From positions 37,770 to 101,769 of IMG/VR virus record IMGVR_UViG_3300032285_003360: a stretch of 64,000 nt of DNA; one strand, 5' to 3'. Position numbers and translations under genes: made by a program. The number at the start of each line of letters is the position of its first letter. Position 1 is the first letter of the stretch. Below the pieces are notes generated by a model that had not been told where the DNA came from, searched no databases, and was given only the letters and a program-made list of their open reading frames with translations. This stretch comes from a virus. Of the stretch, positions 18,426-29,700 are shown in pieces.

Positions 18426-19429
18426 AAAATGGTTATTAATGCGTAGGTTATCATAATAGATATCCAAATTATTAATGCTTTTAAATATGTCATAAATCCT
18501 GTGTGGAAATACTTTTGACCTATTGGTAAACATTTATGTGATGGTGATATCAAATACCCTGCGTATTCTAATGTGAAGAATAAAACAAAGTAATGTAAAC
18601 CAAACACACTTGTCAATAAGCTAACCATACTTGCATACTTTGCTGATGAACCTAACAAGAATGATGACAAGAATGATAACACACAAACAATAAGAATGTA
18701 TTGTGGTTTATTGTATTGTTTAATCACCTCTTCAATTTGAGCTGAATATGAATTAACTAAGTTACCCAATACGATAACTGCAGCTACAATCCATATCAAT
18801 TCCCAATTAATGTATTCAAGTAACTTTTTCCAACTACTTGAATAATATATTAACCATAATGTGAATCCTGTAAAGAATCCAAAGTAATAATCGGTAAAGA
18901 ACACACACATCATGATTGTTACCAAGAATGGAATAACAACTAACATAATGTTCTTGGTATTGATTGGTTCATCTTTAACTTCGATATCAATCTCACTATC
19001 ATCTAACGATATAACGTAGTATGTGATGTATAATGCTGATATTAATAACAATGGCCAAATATATGACATAAACTGAACGTATGTTAATCCCAATACGGCC
19101 ATTGGTATAATCACTGTCTTCTCTAATGGTGACCATAGATAATAATGATGCGTTGCAAGATAATCAATGATACCAAACTTTTTACGTTTCTTGTTGTCAA
19201 CTGGTGCAATACTATTCAACATAGATGCTGAGATTGCAACACGACCCGGTATTGGTAATATACCACCGAATAACGAAACCAAGAAGACAACCATCTTCTT
19301 TGATTTTACTTTTTGCTCTAATAATCTGAAGATGTCCATAAGGTATCCCTTTTCTTTAAGGATACCTGTTACGAACATAATGAATATTAGATAAATTAAG
19401 AACTCTTGTCCTTTATATAATATTTCCAT
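18422..19429 (-). CDS. multi-pass ion-transporter-superfamily permease (DUF401/CitMHS-like)
   Basis: About 9-10 hydrophobic segments; GGILPIPGR..SA, H..Y.WSPL, GY.ISP.H.CL. Confidence 0.7.
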   Translation of the reverse strand: MEILYKGQEFLIYLIFIMFVTGILKEKGYLMDIFRLLEQKVKSKKMVVFLVSLFGGILPIPGRVAISASMLNSIAPVDNKKRKKFGIIDYLATHHYYLWSPLEKTVIIPMAVLGLTYVQFMSYIWPLLLISALYITYYVISLDDSEIDIEVKDEPINTKNIMLVVIPFLVTIMMCVFFTDYYFGFFTGFTLWLIYYSSSWKKLLEYINWELIWIVAAVIVLGNLVNSYSAQIEEVIKQYNKPQYILIVCVLSFLSSFLLGSSAKYASMVSLLTSVFGLHYFVLFFTLEYAGYLISPSHKCLPIGQKYFHTGFMTYLKALIIWISIMITYALITIL

Positions 19430-19435
19430 AATAGT

Positions 19436-20308
19436 TTAATTAAATTTCCATCCGAAGATTACGAATGTTCTACTTGTTTTATTTGAATTACCAATACCAA
19501 CCATAGGTTCGATATCAAGATATGCTTTGTTGTTTAATCTGAATTGCATTGATGGTCCAATTAGATTATCAAAACTTTTATCTAAGTAATTGTTTGTTCT
19601 TTCATGTGCATTCGCATATTGGCCAGAGAAACCTAATGAGAAGTTTCTACTAAAGATATGTTGATATGAATAGGTTATTTGACCTTCGTTTGTTTTATCT
19701 TTATAAGGTGCTAAGTTTCCTTCATATACTAAGTTAACACTCCATAGATTATTCTTCTTAGGACCGAACGCATCACCTAATAATAACTTAGGTTCAACAA
19801 CATCGTAACTATTATTTAAATGTTGATACTCAAAGTATAATGTTGGGTTACCCCACATCTTTCCCCAATCAGCTAAGGCGTATCTAACTTCCCACGATAT
19901 TCCACGATTTTCAAATGAACCGTTGTTACCATCGAATGTTTTTAAACCTAACATGTAAAGGTCTAACTCAAATCTGTGTCCTAAACCAAATGCCAACTCT
20001 TCACGAGTTCTCATTTCAGTTCCATTTCTATAAGTTCTTAACTCTTGCCAATGTTCAAATGTAACAACGCCCGGTGCGTTCTGAACATAGATTCTTGAGT
20101 TAGGTGACTTTCTAAACTCAGACCAATAAGGTTGTTTGTATTCTCCAACTAAATCTGTTGGTAATGGTGTGAAGCTTTCAATTGTAACTTCATCTAAGAC
20201 TTTGACGGTGTCTTTGTCAGGTGGTCTTAATACCTTGATGTCTTGCGCAAACGATGTGATTGCAACAAACATAACAGCTAACATTAGCGATAGCTTTTTT
20301 GTTCTCAT
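19436..20308 (-). CDS. secreted outer-membrane beta-barrel-like protein
   Basis: Sec signal peptide ending SFA|Q; alternating beta strands; C-terminal FVIFGWKF(N) beta-signal. Confidence 0.65.
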   Translation of the reverse strand: MRTKKLSLMLAVMFVAITSFAQDIKVLRPPDKDTVKVLDEVTIESFTPLPTDLVGEYKQPYWSEFRKSPNSRIYVQNAPGVVTFEHWQELRTYRNGTEMRTREELAFGLGHRFELDLYMLGLKTFDGNNGSFENRGISWEVRYALADWGKMWGNPTLYFEYQHLNNSYDVVEPKLLLGDAFGPKKNNLWSVNLVYEGNLAPYKDKTNEGQITYSYQHIFSRNFSLGFSGQYANAHERTNNYLDKSFDNLIGPSMQFRLNNKAYLDIEPMVGIGNSNKTSRTFVIFGWKFN

Positions 20309-20365
20309 CTTTTTCTATTTTATAAACGTTTATTATTATTTATAATATAACAAAAAAAGATGAAA

Positions 20366-20698
20366 TTATAAAATGTGTTTAAGAATAATTGTTAAAGATA
20401 TTACAATCCATAACGTATTGAAAACGATTAAAGTAGGTAAAGATTTCTTCATACTTGCCCATATCAATAATGATGATGTGCATAAGGTTAAAAAATGTAA
20501 CCACCATATTTCTTTACCAAATACTAAACCAGGAACAATGATTGCAGCTTTAGCCATCCAAGCAGCAAATTCAATTGTGTTGTAGTTTGTCCAATATTCT
20601 TTATCGGTATACATTAAAATTTTATTCCATATCTTTTGGAATCCAATAAAGTAGAACAAAACAAAAATGAAACAAAAATAAACTAATATATTAATCAC
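20366..20698 (-). CDS. small 4-TM membrane protein
   Basis: hydrophobic 110-aa ORF overlapping the halogenase stop. Confidence 0.65.
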   Translation of the reverse strand: MINILVYFCFIFVLFYFIGFQKIWNKILMYTDKEYWTNYNTIEFAAWMAKAAIIVPGLVFGKEIWWLHFLTLCTSSLLIWASMKKSLPTLIVFNTLWIVISLTIILKHIL

Positions 20699-22211
20699 GG
20701 TTGTAAAAATTTTTTAAATAATCATATATGTTAGGGAACAATTCACAAAGTGAATCAGATTCTCTTTTAATCAATTCAATGCGATGTTCACAAAGTTGTT
20801 TATACTTCTCGTGAATTTTCCATTGACAGTTTTTATAAAAACCCATACCCCATAACCATTGGAACCAGTTAACTGCTCCGAAGATTCTGCCTCTAAACAT
20901 GTGTGCAGGTGGTTTATGTTCTAACACTTTAAACTTTTGAATTATCGTATCAGGTAAAAATGTTTTTTCATGAACGTCTCTCCAAAATTGTGTATCTCTT
21001 CTTTGACATAAATAGTAATGCGCAATAATAAAATCACGAATGTCAATCATCATATCGATGTTATCTCTGTTGATTGCATCAATAACTGGTTGACCATATT
21101 TTAATCCACTCTTTTCTAATTCAGTAACAAGTGTAGCCATAATACCTTGGAATGTTGAAATACCAGTTGATTCCATTGGTTCAGCAAATCCACTACTTAA
21201 TCCACACGCAACCACATTCTTAACAGCAACTCTTTCACGTGTTCCAATTCTCATTTTAATTTTCATTACCTCACCATTATATCCATCATGGAACTCTCTA
21301 AATTCTTTTTCAGCATCTTCATCACTGATATGGTTTGATGAATAAACGTAGCCACTTCCAATTCTACTATAGATTGGTGTCTTCCATAACCAACCGCTAT
21401 TCATCGTATATAAACTCGAATAAGGTGTTAATTCTTTTCTCTTATCTTTATATGGAATAGGTGCAACAACTGCTGTGTCGCAAAATAATGAATCTTTGAA
21501 TGATATGAATGGTTCACCCATTACCGCTTCAATTAATGCCGCTCTAAATCCTGAACAATCAATATAGATATCTGCACTATATTTTGATCTATCCATCATT
21601 TTTAATTCCTTAACAAAACCAAACGCATCTAACTTAACTTCTTTTAAATCAGCTTCAACAATCTTAACACCATTTGGTATTGCTACTTTATCTCTCAATA
21701 CGTCAGCAAATTTTCTTGCATCAAAGTTGTAACTATAAAAACTTTCTAACTTAGATAACTTTGGTGAATAAGAAATGTCTTCTTCAAAGTTTGGACAAAT
21801 ATTCATATCAGCCATCTTCGCTGTTAAATGAATGTCATTAATCTTTTTATGGTCGCCTGCGTATTCAGACACCAAGTATTCATGTAAGTTTAAATCATCT
21901 GTAATAAAGTGTCTACTTTCATTCTCAACAAGAACCATGTGTTCACCATCTTCAGACCAATTCATAAACTTACCACCATACTTGTATACCGCATCACATT
22001 CATTCATCCATTCACTTTCTTTTAAACCAAGGAACGACATAAAAGATTGTAAGCTCGCAGTTGAGCTCTCACCAACACCAATGGTTGGGATAAGTTTACT
22101 ATGTATCAAGGTAATGTCTACTTTACCTTTGAACATTTTTGACAATAATGATGCAGTCATCATACCAGCAGTTCCACCGCCTAAGATGACAATTTTTTTA
22201 ACGTCTAACAT
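20691..22211 (-). CDS. flavin-dependent (tryptophan-halogenase/PrnA-like) halogenase
   Basis: GGGTAG, IGVGES, A.YK.G (catalytic Lys position), DCSGF, GWLWKTP (WxWxIP variant), R.GSGYVYS, GF.EPMESTG. Confidence 0.9.
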   Translation of the reverse strand: MLDVKKIVILGGGTAGMMTASLLSKMFKGKVDITLIHSKLIPTIGVGESSTASLQSFMSFLGLKESEWMNECDAVYKYGGKFMNWSEDGEHMVLVENESRHFITDDLNLHEYLVSEYAGDHKKINDIHLTAKMADMNICPNFEEDISYSPKLSKLESFYSYNFDARKFADVLRDKVAIPNGVKIVEADLKEVKLDAFGFVKELKMMDRSKYSADIYIDCSGFRAALIEAVMGEPFISFKDSLFCDTAVVAPIPYKDKRKELTPYSSLYTMNSGWLWKTPIYSRIGSGYVYSSNHISDEDAEKEFREFHDGYNGEVMKIKMRIGTRERVAVKNVVACGLSSGFAEPMESTGISTFQGIMATLVTELEKSGLKYGQPVIDAINRDNIDMMIDIRDFIIAHYYLCQRRDTQFWRDVHEKTFLPDTIIQKFKVLEHKPPAHMFRGRIFGAVNWFQWLWGMGFYKNCQWKIHEKYKQLCEHRIELIKRESDSLCELFPNIYDYLKNFYNRD

Positions 22212-22221
22212 AAATTAAGTT

Positions 22222-22956
22222 TTAAGAACCTGGTGTGTAAGTTTGTTCAGCGAATCTTGTGTCTCCCGGAATTACTGTTGTATCAAATGGTAATCTTATA
22301 TTGATAATATCATCCCCATCAGCATCTTTTAATTGTTTCACGTATCCTTCTTGTGCGGCAAATAAACTCGCAATAGTTGCATTGTAATTTGTAACAGCAG
22401 TCAATACTTGTGAAGCCAATGTGCTAACATCAGTTCCTCTTGCAGTTGCTAACATAGAAAGCGTTGGTGTTGCTGCAGTATTATCTGCAGTAAACGCAAT
22501 TGCTTCAGCTTGTTGTGCCGCCCATGTAGCTTGTTCTTGAGGTGTTTTGTTAACCAACAAATTTTTAAATTGCTGTTTATAATATTCTTGAACTTGTTGA
22601 ATTCTTAACCAACGAATTGTGTCATATCTATCAGATACTTCTTGGTCCGTCATCGGTCTTTTAATTCTAATACCTTTTTGTTTATCAAACTCCTCATCAA
22701 AAAATTCAGCTTCTGAAGCAGATGAATATGTTTTAAATAATCTTGCAGCATCTTTTGTTGCGATATAAAATTGAATTCCGTTCTCAACATAACTTGGTGC
22801 TAATCGAATACCGTAACGTTCAGTTATTGATATTGCGATTTGATTAATGTCAGGAACCTTTACGATGTAAAAGTTTTCAGCATATCCAACCATTTCGACA
22901 CCACTTAATAATGGTGCAACGTCATTTACCGGAATTCTATAAGCTACTAAGTCCAT
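22222..22956 (-). CDS. tail-fibre assembly-like protein
   Basis: C-terminal EQATW..Q..EA......TP.L..LA.ARG.....LA..VL motif typical of phage fibre-associated proteins. Confidence 0.55.
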   Translation of the reverse strand: MDLVAYRIPVNDVAPLLSGVEMVGYAENFYIVKVPDINQIAISITERYGIRLAPSYVENGIQFYIATKDAARLFKTYSSASEAEFFDEEFDKQKGIRIKRPMTDQEVSDRYDTIRWLRIQQVQEYYKQQFKNLLVNKTPQEQATWAAQQAEAIAFTADNTAATPTLSMLATARGTDVSTLASQVLTAVTNYNATIASLFAAQEGYVKQLKDADGDDIINIRLPFDTTVIPGDTRFAEQTYTPGS

Positions 22957-22957
22957 A

Positions 22958-23611
22958 TTATAAATCTATTTGTTTAATTTGTGTTTTGTCAATTATTTTT
23001 GCAATGTCCTCATCTGTAACCATATCAAGATATTGCACTTGTTTTTGAACATCTCTTGTTATTCTTGTTGATTCAATTAATGTCTTTTGGAATAAGTCTT
23101 CACCCATTTGCATCATTGCTTCTAAGTTACCTGCACCGATTCTTCCTACTGTCAATACTTCCAATGCTGCTTGAGCACCCATTCTTCTTACCCAATAGTC
23201 TTCTTCTAATTGTTCTTGATTATCAATGAAGTTTTGGACGTCATAATTTTCTTTAAACCAATTGTAAATTCTTTCTAATGATGCGATTTCACTTTGAGTT
23301 CTTCCTAATGCTCTTACTGAATTCTCTTGTGCTGCAGCAAATTTGTCTTTCTCAATTTGATATAATTCTCTTTGTGCAGGCGATGTCTCAACCGCAATTT
23401 GTTCATCCAACAATTTTTGTTCTGCAATGTTTTTTCTTTGGTCTAACTTGATGGTTTCTTCCATTGTTTTTCTAACCTCCAATTCCATCAACACTTGTTT
23501 AAATTGTTTGTAAGCACTGTGTTGTGAATTAACAACGAATTTATTAATCTGAAATGTGGACATTGAAAACGAAAACTTTTCAAATTCTTCTGGTAATTTA
23601 TCTGATGTCAT
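22958..23611 (-). CDS. coiled-coil hypothetical protein
   Basis: helical 217-aa ORF, YW..R..AQAA.E....GRI..GN. Confidence 0.6.
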   Translation of the reverse strand: MTSDKLPEEFEKFSFSMSTFQINKFVVNSQHSAYKQFKQVLMELEVRKTMEETIKLDQRKNIAEQKLLDEQIAVETSPAQRELYQIEKDKFAAAQENSVRALGRTQSEIASLERIYNWFKENYDVQNFIDNQEQLEEDYWVRRMGAQAALEVLTVGRIGAGNLEAMMQMGEDLFQKTLIESTRITRDVQKQVQYLDMVTDEDIAKIIDKTQIKQIDL

Positions 23612-23628
23612 AATCTTTTAATTTTAGT

Positions 23629-23660
23629 ATAATATACATAATTTTATTCAAAAAGTCAAA
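23629..23660 (-). promoter_or_regulatory. Bacteroidota-type promoter TTTG-N20-TATATTAT
   Basis: caaa 23657-23660 and ataatata 23629-23636 on + strand. Confidence 0.6.
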
Positions 23661-24701
23661 TTAAAATGATGACCACATTGGAGATGCTGAAGATAATGCT
23701 CTTGGTGCATCACTAATGTTTACAATAGTATCCGTATTATAGTTTTGTCTATCTGTATGTGCATTTTGTGAACCGTTATAACCACCGGCCCAATAGCCGT
23801 GATTCTGTCCTAATACACCAGGGTTTTCACCGTTTGTGATTGTTTGTCTACCTGCACTAACTGTCCAAGTGTTTGTTGATGATGTGAATAAATAAACTGT
23901 ATATCCATCAGCACCGTTTGTATGTGACGTGAAACAGTTATTTGTTCCGATGTAATGTTTACCCCATTTACTTGGAACAGCATGTTCAGAGTTACAAGCG
24001 TTTACTTGACCTAAATCTAACATATTACTATTTGTTGTAATTGATGCAATCGACTCTGATGTCCAATCCATTCTAAAAGTATATTGAGCTCCAGCATCAT
24101 ATGCGGATGTTGCCCAACCGTAATATCTATCAAACCAACTTGCACCATATCTTCCTGATAAGCCATTACTATTTGTGGCCCAAGTCTCTGTTCCAAATGT
24201 TAATATATCCATATTAGCACTACCATTACCTGTTTGATATGCTTTAGTTCCATATGATGCTAAAGTATTATATGTTCCACCTGCTGTTATAGTGTTAACA
24301 GATACATCAAAACCAATACCATGTTGAATTGATACAGGACTAGAACCACCGTTGTAGTTTCTATTTGCAATTTGTTGAACTGATTCTGTTGGAAAGTTAA
24401 CGCGTTGATTATACAACCAAGAACTTTGGTCGCTTTCAAATACATAACCATTTGTAAACGCTGTCGCCCATCCACCGTATTTTGTTCCGTGTGGTAAAGA
24501 GTTTGCAGATGTCGACCAACCGTCTGTTGCAAATTGTATTTTTGTAATTGCAGTCCAACCCGCACCGCCTTGATAACCGCCACCTAAGAAACCTCTAATT
24601 AAATTTAAACCATATAAATAACTTTCCTGATAGAAGCCAAATATGTCTCTACTATTCTGTAATAATGCATTTGTAATTGTTACGTCTCCGTTTACTATCA
24701 T
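23661..24701 (-). CDS. kelch/beta-propeller-like virion protein, paralog 3
   Basis: GFLGGGY...F.T[DE].W repeats; GYWAGGYNG..NAHTDR..Y.TD; DAPRALSSASPMWS. Confidence 0.65.
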   Translation of the reverse strand: MIVNGDVTITNALLQNSRDIFGFYQESYLYGLNLIRGFLGGGYQGGAGWTAITKIQFATDGWSTSANSLPHGTKYGGWATAFTNGYVFESDQSSWLYNQRVNFPTESVQQIANRNYNGGSSPVSIQHGIGFDVSVNTITAGGTYNTLASYGTKAYQTGNGSANMDILTFGTETWATNSNGLSGRYGASWFDRYYGWATSAYDAGAQYTFRMDWTSESIASITTNSNMLDLGQVNACNSEHAVPSKWGKHYIGTNNCFTSHTNGADGYTVYLFTSSTNTWTVSAGRQTITNGENPGVLGQNHGYWAGGYNGSQNAHTDRQNYNTDTIVNISDAPRALSSASPMWSSF

Positions 24702-24713
24702 CTATCTATATTT

Positions 24714-25721
24714 TTAACTTAAAACTATTGCGCCTGATCCACTCCACATCGGTGCACCTGAAGACAATGACCTCGGCGCATCAAATATTTGTCTTATTGT
24801 TTCACTACCATAATCAATTCTATCACTATGTGCATTTTGCACACCACTATAACCACCCGCAAAATACCCGTGGTTTTGTCCCATCACACCCGATTGTTCT
24901 GAATTTCCTAATGTTTGTTTATATAATATACCAATCCATGTGCTTGTGCTATTTAAAAACTTTGCACAGTTTTGACCAGTTGATGTTCCAACATAATTTT
25001 GGTCCCCACACATAAAACATTTACCATCTTTTGTATTAACTGGTTTTTGCCAATAACCTGGGCTACCAAATCCTGCAACACCACTGTATGTGTTTGTTGT
25101 AGATAATACAGCCCAACTTTCAGATGATGTTGTCATTTTTTGTGTTGTTGTTCCATAGTTAACCCACGAATAATATTTGTCAAACCATCCTGATGTTTCT
25201 TGTGTGTCAGGTGCACTACCGCTTGATAATGCTGCAGCCGTTTCAGTTGCAAACACCCATCTATCCCAATAACCTCCGTTTGCGTAACCACCATGATATG
25301 CTTTAGTTCCATAAGCGGTTCCATCTGTGTTGAATCCAACACCTTCTTGAACTGACCATGGGTTCGCACCACCATAGTTTTTACTTCCACATGTTGAGGT
25401 TGTTTCAGCTGCAAAATTAAATTTTTGCATACCTGTTGCACTATCTCTTTGTGCATTACCACAATAACCATTCAATGCTGAACTTGACCACGTTCCATAT
25501 TTTGTTGCATATGGTAATGTGTTTGAAGCTGTGCTCCAAGCATCAGTTGCATTTGCAATTTTAGTTACAGTATTCCATATAGAACTACTAACATAACCAC
25601 CGCCAATATATCCTTTTGATAATGTTAATCCATGTTTATAATCATCAGTGAAAACTTGTTTTAAAACTGTTCCATTTTTTGATATGGTTCCTGTAAAATT
25701 TATATTTCCGTTTACTATCAT
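24714..25721 (-). CDS. kelch/beta-propeller-like virion protein, paralog 2 (start re-assigned to 25721, MIVNGN)
   Basis: same motifs as neighbours; N-terminus MIVNG matches paralog 3. Confidence 0.65.
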   Translation of the reverse strand: MIVNGNINFTGTISKNGTVLKQVFTDDYKHGLTLSKGYIGGGYVSSSIWNTVTKIANATDAWSTASNTLPYATKYGTWSSSALNGYCGNAQRDSATGMQKFNFAAETTSTCGSKNYGGANPWSVQEGVGFNTDGTAYGTKAYHGGYANGGYWDRWVFATETAAALSSGSAPDTQETSGWFDKYYSWVNYGTTTQKMTTSSESWAVLSTTNTYSGVAGFGSPGYWQKPVNTKDGKCFMCGDQNYVGTSTGQNCAKFLNSTSTWIGILYKQTLGNSEQSGVMGQNHGYFAGGYSGVQNAHSDRIDYGSETIRQIFDAPRSLSSGAPMWSGSGAIVLS

Positions 25722-25725
25722 AATA

Positions 25726-26706
25726 TTAAATTGGTGACCATAATGGTGCAGCTGATGACAATGATCTTGGTGCATCCGAAATATTAACAATGTTGTCAGT
25801 ATCGTAATATATTTTATCACTATGCGCATTTTGACCTGTTGATGTATTATAACCACCTGCTAAATAACCATAAGCTTGGCCCATGGTTCCTGAATTTTCA
25901 CAGTTCTGTAATGTTTGGTTATAATAATTTAAAGTCCATGTTGCAATGTTATTTCTAAACTGATACATTTTTGTATCAGATGTGCTACCGTCTGTTGTTA
26001 AATAAAATTTACCTCTTTTGGAGTTTAACCCTTTTTCCAAATAACCTGCGCCACCACCCCATCCAAATGTTCTTGGTGTGTTTGTTGTTCCATATGTTGA
26101 CCACGATTCGGTTGCAAATGTCATGATATATGTATTTGAACTATCCCAACCATAACCGTAATCTCTGTCAAACCATGCCGCATGATAAGCTGATTGCATG
26201 ATACCTGAATTGGTTGTTGATGACCATGTATCGGTTGCAAACGTTAATATATCCATACCAGTGTTACCGTTACCGCAAGTATATGCTTTTACACCAAACG
26301 CAGCGCCAATACCATCATATCCAACACCTTGTTGTAACGAATTCGGTGAACCACTACTATAAGTTCTATTACCTATTGTTGTTAATGTTTCGGATGCGAA
26401 TACTAATTTGTTATTACCAACGGAGCTATCCTGTGTGTTTAACATCACATAACCTGCGGTATGTGCTGATGCCCATCCTCCATATTTTGTTGCTTGTGTT
26501 AAAGATACGCCTGATGTCCCCCAACTATCTGTTGGATATTTTAATGTTGTAATTGCGGTATTAATTGTTCCGCCAACATATCCGCCACCAATTAAACCTC
26601 TGATTAATATTAGACCATTTTCATAGGTATCATCAATTAAGGAGGTGATATCTCTACCACCTACTCTCAAGTTACCTGTGAAACTTAAATTGTTATTTAC
26701 TTGCAT
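25726..26706 (-). CDS. kelch/beta-propeller-like virion protein, paralog 1
   Basis: GLIGGGY, GYLAGGY, NAHSDKI.Y.TD, DAPRSLSSAAPLWS. Confidence 0.65.
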   Translation of the reverse strand: MQVNNNLSFTGNLRVGGRDITSLIDDTYENGLILIRGLIGGGYVGGTINTAITTLKYPTDSWGTSGVSLTQATKYGGWASAHTAGYVMLNTQDSSVGNNKLVFASETLTTIGNRTYSSGSPNSLQQGVGYDGIGAAFGVKAYTCGNGNTGMDILTFATDTWSSTTNSGIMQSAYHAAWFDRDYGYGWDSSNTYIMTFATESWSTYGTTNTPRTFGWGGGAGYLEKGLNSKRGKFYLTTDGSTSDTKMYQFRNNIATWTLNYYNQTLQNCENSGTMGQAYGYLAGGYNTSTGQNAHSDKIYYDTDNIVNISDAPRSLSSAAPLWSPI

Positions 26707-26709
26707 ATC

Positions 26710-29700
26710 TTATATGTCTAATTTACTCTTTAATTCAGATATAATCAAGTTCTGCTCGTTTATTTCTTGTTTCAATTCTTTGATTGCTTCAATGAATACT
26801 GCACTCAATCTACCATAAGAAACACTATCAACTTCACCGTCTTTATTTTTTAAAACAACTTCAGGAATGATTTCATTCATCTCTTCAGCAATAACACCTA
26901 TTTCTTTTAAATCATCTTCTTTTCTTACGTATGTTACACCTCGCATCTGAAGAACTTTATCCAAACCATATTTAACTATTTCAATATCTTTCTTATATCG
27001 TAATGATGAGTTTTCTGTGATAACACCTGAAACAACTAAGTTACCATCTTGGTCTAATGACATTTTAGCAGTGCTCCAGTTTGTGCTTCCATTTTTTGAT
27101 GTGTGGAAATACATTACGTGGTTTTCAGTTGCAGTTGCGGTTCCTCTCCAGTGTCCCGCATATAATCTTAAATCGTTACCATAAGTTCTAACCATACCAT
27201 CATATGTTCCTTGAACACCTAATTCTATCGATGGGTAATTACCACTACCATATACTGTTAATCCTACAGTTCCTGCAGAACCGCCACCGCTTGCTGCTGC
27301 AGTTAATGTTAAGGTCGAGAATGTTACACCATTAGTTGTATTCAAGTTTTGGTTAGCAGAATAACCGGCACCTTGCATTGCATATGATGTGTAGTTAGAT
27401 GAATCTAACACAGTTCTCCATGATGTCCATGTTCCTGAGTTTTTACCTCTAACAGCTAATTGACCTGTTCTGAAATCACCAAATATTTCATGATACCAAG
27501 ATGTGCTATAACCTGCAACATATAAACCACCATCTGTTTGTCCAAACAAAGGAACGTTAGCATTTACATAACCAATCGCATCTAATGTTGGTGGTGAACT
27601 TGCGTCCATAGCAGTTGATGAATAAGCCGCTGTAAAGTTTGATATTGAACCTGCACTTGTTGCGGATGTTGCGGTAGCGGCATTACCACTAATGCTAATA
27701 CCCCAAGTTCCCGATGCGCCACCACCTGTTAATGTTGGTGAATATGAGTTATAGTTACCTGCGTGTAAAACTACGTTGGTTAACCATGTCATAGTAGAAC
27801 CATTATATAATTTTAAACCTTCAGTGTAAACACCATTACCGTCTTTACTACCGATGTCAATGTATCTATTTGCGGTTGCACTATCATATCTAACTTTAAT
27901 TACTGGACCATTTGCGGGACCATCTAAAATTGTATATATTGTTTGGTTAGCATAACCATTTAATTGTGCAGCGTAACCATCTGTATTAACACCTGATAAA
28001 TTTAATGTTGCACTTGCTCTACCTAATGAAATAGATGTTGAACCTAAATAAAAAGATGAGTTTGCTAAGTAACTATTACTAATGGCACTACCATTCCACG
28101 TTCCACTTATAATTGTTCCAACTGTTAAATTACCATTAGACGCCAATGACATTCTATCATAGAATGTACCACCATCATTAAATGTCCAATATAATGTGCT
28201 TGAGTTGTTTGATGCACTACCGTTAGCGTATCTTAAATCAAACATTGCATTATTCGTTCCACCATTAGGATTGATTCTAAAACTCAACGCAGTATAAGCA
28301 TTAGATGTGGTTGCGTTGTTAACTATCGATAAGAATCTATTCCCATCACCCATATCACTATTAGCGGTAAAACCACTACTAACTGTTAATGAAACGGTTG
28401 TTCCTGATGTGGATCTACTCGCACCGCCACCTTGTGTAAATTTACCCGTTACAGATGTTGCACCACTAACTGATAATGTGCTACCATCATATGTTAAACC
28501 GCTGTTACCTTGTATTAAACCTGCAGTTCCTGTTGCTGTAATTACGTAATTCGCGGTGTTATTATTAATTGTTGCGGCACCAGATGTTCCTGATGAACCA
28601 TTAGAACCAGAAGAACCACTTGTTCCCGAAGAGCCTGAGCTTCCTGATGTTCCTGAACTTCCCGATGAACCTGATGAACCAGAAGTTCCTGAACTTCCCG
28701 ATGAACCTGATGAACCAGAAGTTCCTGAACTTCCCGATGAACCTGATGAACCCGATGTTCCGGAGCTACCACTAGTACCAGATGAGCCTGAACTACCCGA
28801 ACTACCTGACGTTCCTGAGCTTCCTGAAGAACCTGATGAACCCGAAGTTCCCGATGACCCGCTTGAACCAGAGCTACCGCTTGTTCCTGATGAACCGCTT
28901 GTCCCACTTGAGCCCGAACTACCCGATGAACCACTTGTACCTGAGGTTCCTGAACTACCACTAGTTCCCGATGAACCCGATGACCCACTTGTTCCAGAAC
29001 TACCACTTGAGCCCGAACTACCCGATGAACCACTTGTACCGGATGTTCCTGAGCTACCACTAGTTCCTGAAGAACCTGATGAACCCGATGACCCACTTGT
29101 TCCAGAACTACCACTTGAACCTGAAGAACCCGAAGTTCCTGAAGTTCCCGATGAGCCACTTGAACCTGATGTTCCTGAGCTACCTGAAGAGCCTGATGAA
29201 CCACTTGTACCAGAAGTTCCTGAAGAACCTGAGCTACCACTAGTTCCCGAAGAACCACTTGAACCACTACTTCCTGAACTACCAGATGTTCCACTTGTTC
29301 CTGAACTACCGCTTGTTCCGGTTGAACCTGAGCTACCGCTTGAGCCTGACGTTCCACTTGTTCCTGAACTACCTGATGATCCACTTGTTCCACTCGTTCC
29401 TGAAGAACCACTAGAACCCGAACTACCTGAAGTGCCACTTGTGCCAGAAGAACCACTTGTTCCGGTGCTTCCGCTTGAACCGGATGTTCCTGAACTACCA
29501 GATGAACCTGAAGAACCCGAAGTTCCACTTGTTCCTGAAGAACCCGAACTTCCTGATGTTCCACTAGTTCCTGATGAACCACTTGTTCCACTTGTACCAG
29601 ATGTTCCGTTTACGATAGGTAATGTTAAAATGTTACCATTTGAATCAAAACCTAATGTACCAATAGTTGTACCAGTAAATTTAGTTGCTGAATTATAATT

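Noticed and set aside
25722-25856. ORF-track N-terminal extensions (also 17814-17843, 18426-18533, 44549-44626, 13920-13946, 62928-62945)
   Set aside because: They overlap upstream genes or promoter regions; paralog alignment and ATGA coupling support the shorter starts.
28556-29698. + strand Pro/Glu/Leu/Val-rich ORF (PEVPELP...) and the similar 31010-31861 and 30927-31667 ORFs
   Set aside because: Antisense shadows of the GSS/GTS repeat; they stay open only because the repeat lacks stops and are essentially co-extensive with it.
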